Origin: Actinomycetota bacterium
GTDB lineage: Bacteria > Actinomycetota > Acidimicrobiia > Acidimicrobiales > JACCXE01
Direction: 5' to 3'
Assembly: GCA_048498715.1 (NCBI GenBank)
Contig: JBEHXL010000009.1
Span: 68,017 to 132,016, forward strand
DNA length: 64,000 nucleotides
Position 1 is the first letter of the stretch, and every line of letters starts with the position of its first letter. The translations under genes were made by a program, and so were the position numbers. Shown here piece after piece: positions 17,982 through 25,274 of the stretch. The notes beneath the pieces were generated by a model, which had not been told where the DNA came from, ran no database searches, and saw nothing but the letters and a program-made list of their open reading frames with translations.

Positions 17982-18028
17982 TTTTGGTCGTGATTAGGTA
18001 CGGATTCCGTACCTAATCACGACCAAAA
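17982..18028. terminator. perfect 22-bp inverted repeat between the convergent fabI and SRPBCC genes
   Basis: ttttggtcgtgattaggtacgg (17982-18003) / att / ccgtacctaatcacgaccaaaa (18007-18028). It is locally AT-rich in a GC-rich genome. Confidence 0.5.
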
Positions 18029-18031
18029 CTC

Positions 18032-18493
18032 TCACGACTCGGCGATTGCTTTGAGGCGGTTGAGGGTTTGGGTCATGCCTTCGCGGTTGGTTTTGCCGCG
18101 GAGGCGGCCAAGCAGGGCCCAGTAGATGCGGGTGCCAATGTTGTCGGCGAGTTGGAAGTACTCGGTGACGTCGGTGCCGCCGACCTTGCTCGTCTCGAAC
18201 CGGTAACCCCAGTTGTTGACGGTCATGCGGTCGGTGCCGACGGCAAACGCGAAAACCTTGCCGGGCTCACACTCTGTGACCTTGCACTCGGTCCAGTAGA
18301 CGGGGCCGACGCCGTTGCGCTTGACGTGGCCGCGGAACTTGGCGCCGACGGCGGGACCGGTCGCTCCCTCGAGCCACTCGGCTTCGAAGGTCTCGGGCGA
18401 GAGCTCGCCGATGCGGGTGACGTCCGACGCAATGTTCCAGCACGTCATCGCATCGGCGTCGACGTGGACGGTGACGGAATCGCCGAGGTTCAT
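18032..18493 (-). CDS. SRPBCC (START / polyketide cyclase-dehydrase-like) family protein
   Basis: A 153-aa protein starting at MNLGDSVTVH. Its ATG overlaps the pepA stop (ATGA). The pattern is typical of SRPBCC. Confidence 0.65.
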   Translation of the reverse strand: MNLGDSVTVHVDADAMTCWNIASDVTRIGELSPETFEAEWLEGATGPAVGAKFRGHVKRNGVGPVYWTECKVTECEPGKVFAFAVGTDRMTVNNWGYRFETSKVGGTDVTEYFQLADNIGTRIYWALLGRLRGKTNREGMTQTLNRLKAIAES

Positions 18494-19956
18494 CGGAACG
18501 TGCTCGCCAGCTCGATGAGGGTGCGGACGCCGAAGCCGGTGCCGCCCTTGACGATCTCGCCGTCGTTCTCCGGAGCTCGACTCGGGCCGGCGATGTCGAG
18601 GTGCGCCCAGGGCAAGCCGTCGACGAACTCCTGGAGGAACATGGCGCCGGCGATGGTGCCCGCCTGGCCGGGCGCCCCGATGTTCTTGATGTCGGCGATG
18701 TCGGAGTCGATGTGCTTGCGGTAGATCGCAGGGAGCGGCAGTTCCCACACCAATTCACCGGCGCCGGCCGCCGCGTCCTTGACCTTCTGGATTATGCCGT
18801 CGTTGTTGCCGAGCACCGCCGCGATGCGGTTACCGAGGGCGACGACCTGCGCGCCCGTCAACGTGGCGACGTCGATGATCGCGTTGGGTTTCTCTTCTGC
18901 CGCGAGCGACAGACCGTCGGACAACACGAGACGTCCTTCGGCGTCGGTGTTGAGGACCTCCATCGTCACGCCGTTGCGGGCGCGCAACACGTCGCCCGGC
19001 TTGACTGCCTTCGGGCCCGGCATGTTCTCGGTGCAGGTTGCGATCGCAACGACACGCGTCTTCACGCCGAGCGCCGCGCATGCCGCCGCCGCATTGAGGA
19101 CGGCCGCCGCGCCACCCATGTCGGTCTTCATGGTCTCCATGCCCTGCGCGGTCTTGAGCGACAGACCGCCCGAGTCGAACGTGATGCCCTTGCCGACGAA
19201 GAACAGCGTCTTCTTCGCCCCGGGCGGCGCGTACTCGAAGCGGATCAGGCGGGGTGGCTGGTCAGAGCCAAGCGACACGCCCCGCAGCGCGCCGAGTCGT
19301 TCCTTCTCGATCTTCTTCTCGTCCCAGACGGTCACCGTGACGTTGGGAAGATCCTTGCCCAGCGCCTTGGCGGCTTCGGCCAGATCGGTCGGGTTGAGCT
19401 CACCCGCCGGCTCGTTGATCCAGTCGCGTGCGTTGCACTGGTACTGCGCAACGAGCGCGCCCCGGTCGAGGCCCTTTTGCACCGCGGCCTTCGAACTCGT
19501 GAGGACGTAGAACTCGCTCAGGGCATCGGGCTCGCCCGCCTTCTTGAGCCGGGTGAACTTGTAGGTACCGAGCACGACGCCTTCGGCGATCGCCTGGCCC
19601 ACCGCACGCGGATCGAGCCCGGGCGCCGCGCTGGCACCGATGAAGGCGGCGACCTTCGCGAAGCGACGTGCCGCACGGGCACCGACGGCGAACGCGGCAC
19701 GCACACCGTCGACTGTTGCCTCGGCCTGCGAGCCGACGCCGACGCCAATGATCGTGGTGCCGTTGGCGCCCGGCACCGAGTGCGTCATGCCGGCCTTACC
19801 GGTGACGCCGCTCGCTTTGAGGTGCGCGGCGTCGAGATATTCGGCACCGGGCGCCTCTGGCGACACGAGCGGGCCGTCGGGCGACTGGAAGATGCCGACG
19901 ATGAACGCGTCGACGTCCTCCGGCGCGGCCTTCGTCGCGGTGAACGTGATCGGCAT
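18490..19956 (-). CDS. pepA: leucyl aminopeptidase (M17)
   Basis: VGKGITFDSGG, NTDAEGRLVL, and the conserved C-terminal catalytic domain. Confidence 0.9.
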   Translation of the reverse strand: MPITFTATKAAPEDVDAFIVGIFQSPDGPLVSPEAPGAEYLDAAHLKASGVTGKAGMTHSVPGANGTTIIGVGVGSQAEATVDGVRAAFAVGARAARRFAKVAAFIGASAAPGLDPRAVGQAIAEGVVLGTYKFTRLKKAGEPDALSEFYVLTSSKAAVQKGLDRGALVAQYQCNARDWINEPAGELNPTDLAEAAKALGKDLPNVTVTVWDEKKIEKERLGALRGVSLGSDQPPRLIRFEYAPPGAKKTLFFVGKGITFDSGGLSLKTAQGMETMKTDMGGAAAVLNAAAACAALGVKTRVVAIATCTENMPGPKAVKPGDVLRARNGVTMEVLNTDAEGRLVLSDGLSLAAEEKPNAIIDVATLTGAQVVALGNRIAAVLGNNDGIIQKVKDAAAGAGELVWELPLPAIYRKHIDSDIADIKNIGAPGQAGTIAGAMFLQEFVDGLPWAHLDIAGPSRAPENDGEIVKGGTGFGVRTLIELASTFR

Positions 19957-20501
19957 TAACGGACTTCCTTCACTCGGAGGGTGGCGTCACCCTCGACCCA
20001 GCGGGCCATGGCCCACAACAAACTCGACAAACGGTTGAGATACGGCAGCGCCAGCGTCTCGTTACCGGCGACGGCCGTGACCGCCCGGCGTTCGCAGCGA
20101 CGCACGATGGTGCGAGCGACGTCGAGCGCCGCCGCACCGGCGTCCTGGCCCGGCACGACGAACTCCTTCGGCACTTCGAACTTCGACTCGACCTCGTCGA
20201 CGTGACGCTCGAGCGCGTCGAGCATCGCCTGGTCGACGCAACTCGCGCCCGGTGTGAGCTTGTGCCAGTTCTCGGGCAGCGTGGCGAGTTCGGCCATCAG
20301 CACCCACAGGTCGCGGGCGACGTGCACGAGGATGTCGTCGACCTCGCCGCCCTGCGGGAAATGTGTGCGCGCCTGGCCGATGAAGGCCTGCGCCTCGTCG
20401 ACGTCGCCGTAGGCCATCGGCAGCGCCGAATCCTTCGGGACGCGTCCTCCATAGAGCAGACCCGTCGTGCCGTCATCGCCTTTGCCGGTGTAATGCGCCA
20501 T
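19956..20501 (-). CDS. pduO: ATP:cob(I)alamin adenosyltransferase, PduO type
   Basis: The N-terminus MAHYTGKGDDGTTGL matches the PduO/MMAB signature. Its stop overlaps the pepA ATG by 1 nt. Confidence 0.85.
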   Translation of the reverse strand: MAHYTGKGDDGTTGLLYGGRVPKDSALPMAYGDVDEAQAFIGQARTHFPQGGEVDDILVHVARDLWVLMAELATLPENWHKLTPGASCVDQAMLDALERHVDEVESKFEVPKEFVVPGQDAGAAALDVARTIVRRCERRAVTAVAGNETLALPYLNRLSSLLWAMARWVEGDATLRVKEVR

Positions 20502-20532
20502 TGCGAGCCCAGACGCTACCTTCGCCGTCGTC

Positions 20533-21696
20533 ATGTACCCCTGCCACGGCCTCCGCGTGCTCGACCTGTCCCGTGTGGTGGCGGGACCGATCTCGGGACG
20601 CATTCTTTCCGATCTCGGGGCCGACGTCGTCAAACTCGAGCCACCCGAGGGCGACGTGACCCGCGTGTGGGGCCAGATGCGCCACGGCCTCTCGGGCTTC
20701 TACACACAGCAGAACGCCGGCAAGCGGAACGTATGTGTCGACCTGCGCGCCGAGGGTGGAGTGGCGCTGGTGAAGCAGTTGGCGGCCCAGGCCGACATCG
20801 TCATCGAGAACTTCCGCGCCGGTGTCCTGGAACGCCTCGGTCTCGGCTACGACGATCTCGCCGCCGAGAACCCGAAGCTGATCATGTTGTCGGTGTCCGG
20901 CTTCGGCCGCGGCGGCCCCGAATCCCACCGGCCGGCGTACGCCCCGATGATGCAAGCCGAGACGGGCCTCGTGCACCGCCAGGCCGAGTTCGACGACGCA
21001 TGGCCGACCGATCCCATGTTGTCGATAGCGGACACGTTCTCCGGCCTGCACGGCACGATCGCCGTGTTCGCCGCCTTGCGGGTGCGCGACGAGACCGGGC
21101 GCGGCCAGCACATCGACATGGCGATGTTCGACGCGATGGTCTTCACCGACGACTACGCCCATCACGCCATCGACAACGAGCCGGTGCAGCGCCTGGGCGG
21201 CGACGTGTACGAAACGGTGATCGGTCCCGTGTTGTTCGCCGGTCAACTCCGCACGATCTGGGCCGGCGTGAAGCACCTCATCGAGGACCCCGCGGCCGGT
21301 GACGTGCCGATCGCTGACAAGGCCCGTCTGCGGAAGCAGGCGATTCAGGACTGGGCGCTGACGTTCGACAACTTCGACAATCTTGCCGACGCGCTCGACA
21401 AGTCCGGCCTTGCCTACGGGGTGGTGAAGGACCAATTCGAGGTGGTGCGCTCCCCCACGGCCGAGCATCGCGGCACAGTCGCGTCGATCGATGACAACAG
21501 CGGTACGGGCGCCACGCGCGGCGTCGTACAGACCCCGTACCGCTTCTCGGAGTCGGAGTCCGGTGTGCGCGGTCCGGCGCCGCACCGCGGTCAACACAAT
21601 CGTTCGGTGCTGACCGAGTGGCTCAGCCTCGACGACGCCACCGTCGACCTCCTCGTTCGCAAGGGCGTCCTGCAGGACGACGGTCTCGCGCCCTAG
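20533..21696 (+). CDS. family III CoA-transferase (CaiB/BaiF)
   Basis: GLRVLDLSRVVAGP...LGADVVKLEPP is the typical N-terminus of the family. Confidence 0.85.
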   Translation: MYPCHGLRVLDLSRVVAGPISGRILSDLGADVVKLEPPEGDVTRVWGQMRHGLSGFYTQQNAGKRNVCVDLRAEGGVALVKQLAAQADIVIENFRAGVLERLGLGYDDLAAENPKLIMLSVSGFGRGGPESHRPAYAPMMQAETGLVHRQAEFDDAWPTDPMLSIADTFSGLHGTIAVFAALRVRDETGRGQHIDMAMFDAMVFTDDYAHHAIDNEPVQRLGGDVYETVIGPVLFAGQLRTIWAGVKHLIEDPAAGDVPIADKARLRKQAIQDWALTFDNFDNLADALDKSGLAYGVVKDQFEVVRSPTAEHRGTVASIDDNSGTGATRGVVQTPYRFSESESGVRGPAPHRGQHNRSVLTEWLSLDDATVDLLVRKGVLQDDGLAP

Positions 21697-21707
21697 CTTT
21701 TGTCGTC

Positions 21708-22403
21708 ATGGCGACGAACCGATACGAACGCATCGCAACTGACGGCGGCGAGTTCGAGGCGTATTGCGCCCTCCCTGACGGTGATCAGGGACCGGGCGTG
21801 TTGGTCTTCCAGGAGATCTTCGGGATCAACGACAACATCCGCGAATTGTGCGATCGGCTTGCAGGTGCCGGATACGTCGCCATGGCACCCGACATGTTCT
21901 GGCGCATCGAGCCGCGCTTCGAACGCAAAGACGAATCCGGGATGGCGGACGCATTCGCGATCGTCCAAAAGTTCGACGCGGAAAAGGGCGTCACCGACAT
22001 TCAGGCCGCGAGCGCGCACTTGCGCGGCTTGAGTGAGTGCACCGGCAAGGTCGGCGCTGTCGGGTTCTGCCTCGGTGGCGGTCTCGCCTACGCCGCAGCC
22101 GCGTTCGCGGGTGTCGACGCTGCGGTCTCGTATTACGGCTCAGCGGTGAACAGCATGCTCGGCGACGCCGACAAGATCACCGTGCCGATCATGTTCCACT
22201 ACGGCGACAACGATCCGTTCATCCCCGGCGAGAACATCGACGAGGTCGAGAAGGTGTTCGCCGGCCGTTCCAACGTCGAGTTCTTTCGGTACGACGCGGG
22301 CCACGCGTTCAGCAACGCCGACGCCCCTTCGATGTACAACGCCGACGCCGCGTCGCTGGCGTGGCAGCGCACGCTGGACTTCTTCGCCGCGAACCTGGCT
22401 TAA
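21708..22403 (+). CDS. dienelactone hydrolase family protein
   Basis: VLVFQEIFG, GFCLGG nucleophile elbow, terminal GHAF. ATG at 21708. Confidence 0.85.
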   Translation: MATNRYERIATDGGEFEAYCALPDGDQGPGVLVFQEIFGINDNIRELCDRLAGAGYVAMAPDMFWRIEPRFERKDESGMADAFAIVQKFDAEKGVTDIQAASAHLRGLSECTGKVGAVGFCLGGGLAYAAAAFAGVDAAVSYYGSAVNSMLGDADKITVPIMFHYGDNDPFIPGENIDEVEKVFAGRSNVEFFRYDAGHAFSNADAPSMYNADAASLAWQRTLDFFAANLA

Positions 22404-22651
22404 GTCGCCTCTTCGATCAGGCCGCGCTCGTCGAGCAGAGCCAAGCCCTTCTCGACGTGGGGCAGCGGCATCTCGAGTGAGCTTGCGAGCCCCTCTGCGT
22501 TGAGGATCCCGTCGAGCGTCGCCAGCAACGGAACCAACACTTCGCCGGCCGCCCGCCCCTGAAACAACACGGGCGCGCCGCCGTTGACCACTGCGATCCC
22601 GTCCGGCAAGGGCACGACCTCAAGGCCTTCCTTGAGGCGAGGAACGTTCAT
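22400..22651 (-). CDS. stand-alone RRE/PqqD-like winged-helix peptide-binding protein (83 aa)
   Basis: The pattern P.L..G......DG......G.....L.G.A...L..LL..LDG......L...L.......V...L..L...GLI matches the N-terminal leader-binding domain of TOMM cyclodehydratase C proteins. Its ATG overlaps the upstream stop (ATGA). Confidence 0.6.
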   Translation of the reverse strand: MNVPRLKEGLEVVPLPDGIAVVNGGAPVLFQGRAAGEVLVPLLATLDGILNAEGLASSLEMPLPHVEKGLALLDERGLIEEAT

Positions 22652-23196
22652 TCGCCGACTTCCTTGCCGCAGGAGCAGCCGTGCATCCGAACGACGCGTC
22701 CCTCGATGACGGTTTCGTCAGCCGAGTGGCGACGGACGGTTCCGAGCAGGCGGCGCGGCACAGCCTCGACACCGGGCACGGTGACGGCGGTGCGGAGCGC
22801 GCCGATTTCATTCGCTGCGATCTTCACCAATTCGCGCAGTTGCGCGGTGGGTGGGGGCACGACGGCACGGAGCCAGTGGTTGTGGATCGCGTCGTGCACG
22901 GCAAGATCGGTCGCGTGCTGGCGCTCGCGTGCCTCGAAGCACTCGAAGCACGGACCACCGGGCGCGACCACCGGGCCAACCTGGAGACGGCCGTGATACC
23001 CCCACACCGGCACGAAGGGCTGCCGGGTGTTGTTGAGATCACGGGCGACCGTCAGCGCAGGCCGGGAAGCGACCACCACGACAAGCGCGTCGGCACCCAT
23101 TGGGTCCGATGGCCCCTCGTGTTGCACCCCGCGATCACGCAACACGTTGCGCACATCGCGGCCGTACATGCCGACGCCGACGACGAGCAGTCTCAC
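22648..23196 (-). CDS. E1/ThiF-like cyclodehydratase partner domain protein (182 aa)
   Basis: Rossmann-like MRLLVVGVGMYG. VGPVVAPGGPCFECFEAR resembles the GP..pG..gC..C..R motif of the SagC/ocin-ThiF type. C-terminal CSCG. The GTG start overlaps the YcaO stop (GTGA). Confidence 0.65.
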   Translation of the reverse strand: MRLLVVGVGMYGRDVRNVLRDRGVQHEGPSDPMGADALVVVVASRPALTVARDLNNTRQPFVPVWGYHGRLQVGPVVAPGGPCFECFEARERQHATDLAVHDAIHNHWLRAVVPPPTAQLRELVKIAANEIGALRTAVTVPGVEAVPRRLLGTVRRHSADETVIEGRVVRMHGCSCGKEVGE

Positions 23197-24161
23197 GGAG
23201 CGACCCTTTCGAGACGGGCATGCTCCGTCCAGCCGGGGGTCGGCGGTATCGGGCTGAGGCCGGGGACCACGACGCGCACCGCCGCCATGCCGATCGCGCG
23301 CAACTCGTCGCAGGTGAGGTCGACGGCGTACCCCGCGAGACCCAGCGTTCGCAGCCGGGCGACCAACGCCGGCTTGGAAACGTCGATCGCCGGTGTGGTG
23401 CTCGGCGACAGCGGCTCTCCTTCGGCGATCAGGTCGAAGGCCGGGTCGGCTGCGGGCTCTTCCGGGTACGCGTCGAAGGCGCGGCGGGTGCGGCGGCGAG
23501 CCAGTTCGAAGACCGCGGCGTCCTGCGCGTCGGACATTGCGGTCCCGGCCGCGACACCCACCTCAAACGAGGCCGCCCCCTGCGCGATCGCCACAGGCAC
23601 GCCGAGGTCGGATGTCGCGTCGAAGACCGCGACCTCTCCTTCAGCGGTCGCGATGTAGGGCAGCGGCGTGTTGCGTGTGCGGGCGACGGCGAGGGAATCA
23701 CGCGCGGCGCAGTCGAGAAACCCGCCGACGACGGCCGACCCCAGATCATCGGCCACGCAGATTCCGGCGAGCGACGCAGGCCAGAACGACTCAGCCTCGA
23801 CCGCGACCGGCAGTCCGACGTAGACCAGCATCGCTGGGATCCACACCGGCCGTCCATCGTCGAGGGCAAACCCTTCGACCCACCGGATGCGGTCGCGTGT
23901 CTCGAGGGAGGCCACGCGCGCGAGCTCTTCGACGGGGATCGCGTCGTCACCGAGTTCGTCGGCGCTCGCCCATCGCATCATCGGCGCATCCCAGCCGGCG
24001 GCGGCATACAGACCGACCGCGTTGCGCAATGCGTCGTTCGACGCGTCAGCTTCCGTTGGTCCAGCACCGATGCCGACAAGGGGCGGACAATGCTCCGGAT
24101 GTCGACCGTGACCCGCGGACGCGACACACACGAACGGACCCGCGTCGTCCTGCACGCGCAC
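23193..24161 (-). CDS. YcaO-domain protein, short, with a divergent ATP/Mg-binding motif
   Basis: GAGPTEADA..DALRNAVGLY aligns with GKGLTxxxAxxSAxxEAxERY. Other matches: VWIPAMLVY, DATSDLGVPVAIA, and the C-terminal AVRVVVPGLSPI. The first canonical start is GTG 24161, and similarity continues upstream (see findings). Confidence 0.8.
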   Translation of the reverse strand: MRVQDDAGPFVCVASAGHGRHPEHCPPLVGIGAGPTEADASNDALRNAVGLYAAAGWDAPMMRWASADELGDDAIPVEELARVASLETRDRIRWVEGFALDDGRPVWIPAMLVYVGLPVAVEAESFWPASLAGICVADDLGSAVVGGFLDCAARDSLAVARTRNTPLPYIATAEGEVAVFDATSDLGVPVAIAQGAASFEVGVAAGTAMSDAQDAAVFELARRRTRRAFDAYPEEPAADPAFDLIAEGEPLSPSTTPAIDVSKPALVARLRTLGLAGYAVDLTCDELRAIGMAAVRVVVPGLSPIPPTPGWTEHARLERVAP

Positions 24162-24254
24162 GTGCGAGACGAGGCCGCCGATCGGACTGACAAGGGACGT
24201 GAGACCAGATGCGATGCGCGGAACCTAGCCCGCATTGTGGGTAGAACGGCCTCC

Positions 24255-25229
24255 ATGAGTCGGGGCGCCCAGGTGTGGTTGGCTGTGGGCCTCGCGCTGT
24301 GCGCGCTCACTGCATGCGCTCCACGCGATCTCCGAGCTGTCGCCAACCCCGTCGCGCTGCGGATCAACGCCGCGGACGTACGCGGAATCCTGACGCTGCC
24401 GGTGACACCCGAGCCCGTGCCCGCCGTCGTGTTGTTGGCGGGCTACAGCTCCAGTGACATGGACGAGACCGTCGGCAAGACGAAGCCTTTTCGCGACATT
24501 GCGGAAGGGCTCGCGACGCGCGGCATTGCGACGCTTCGATTCGACAAGCCGATCCTGCATCGTGTGCCACCGCCGAACTTCACGCCGACGGAGGAGTACG
24601 TCGACTCCACTCGAGCGGCCGTGGCCTATCTACGCACGCGGTCCGAGGTCGACCAGACCCGCGTCTTCGTCCTCGGGCACAGCTTCGGGGGCACGATGGC
24701 ACCCAAAGCAGTCGTCGGACTGAACGTCGCCGGGCTGATTCTGTTGGCGCCGCCGGTGCGGCCGATCGCCGAGGTCCTTGCGTCGCAGTTCACGTACTTG
24801 CGCAGCCTCGGCGGCACGATCGGTTACGACGCCTCCCTCGCGACGCAGGACGCGCAGCAGTTCCTCGCCGCCGCCAGCAGTTCATCGCTGCGGCCCGATA
24901 CCGCCCTCAAGTCCGAACTCGCCTACGGCTACCACGGCGCGTACTTCCTCGATCTGCGCTCGTACGATCCGGTGCGGACCGCGGCGAACCTGCACGTCCG
25001 GATCCTCCTCTTGCAAGGCCGCCGTGACTACATGGTCACGATGAAGCAGGACCTCGATGTCTGGGTGGCCGGTCTGCGCGACACCGACCTCGAGGTGCGC
25101 ACCTACCCCGACGCAAACCACGCGCTGATCAACGGGACGGGCCGCCCGTCACCCGAGGACTTCGACCATCCGGGCCACGTGGCGGACCGCGCCATCGCGG
25201 ACATGGCCGACTGGGTCGAGCGCCGCTAA
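24255..25229 (+). CDS. alpha/beta-hydrolase lipoprotein
   Basis: Lipobox LTAC. Nucleophile elbow GHSFGG. ATG at 24255; the upstream part of the 709-aa ORF is antisense shadow. Confidence 0.8.
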   Translation: MSRGAQVWLAVGLALCALTACAPRDLRAVANPVALRINAADVRGILTLPVTPEPVPAVVLLAGYSSSDMDETVGKTKPFRDIAEGLATRGIATLRFDKPILHRVPPPNFTPTEEYVDSTRAAVAYLRTRSEVDQTRVFVLGHSFGGTMAPKAVVGLNVAGLILLAPPVRPIAEVLASQFTYLRSLGGTIGYDASLATQDAQQFLAAASSSSLRPDTALKSELAYGYHGAYFLDLRSYDPVRTAANLHVRILLLQGRRDYMVTMKQDLDVWVAGLRDTDLEVRTYPDANHALINGTGRPSPEDFDHPGHVADRAIADMADWVERR

Positions 25230-25274
25230 AGGGTTTAAGGAACACGGCCAGAACCTCGTAGCCTTGGAGCCACG

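Noticed and set aside
23978-24235. A Cys/Ser/Thr-rich alternative-frame ORF (MRARFRASHLVS…SAASSRTCACRTTRVRSCVS…) starting in the YcaO upstream spacer, considered as a hidden RiPP precursor
   Set aside because: It lies almost entirely inside the YcaO coding sequence in another frame. Arg/Ser/Thr/Cys-rich off-frame products are expected from GC-rich coding DNA. It has no leader-like or Gly-Gly/Ala-Gly cleavage features and no SD. It would need ribosome profiling to be revived.
23100-24254. The N-terminal 385 codons of the 709-aa plus ORF
   Set aside because: This part is antisense to the YcaO/E1-like genes and is Arg-rich. The real hydrolase lipoprotein starts at ATG 24255 with a signal peptide.
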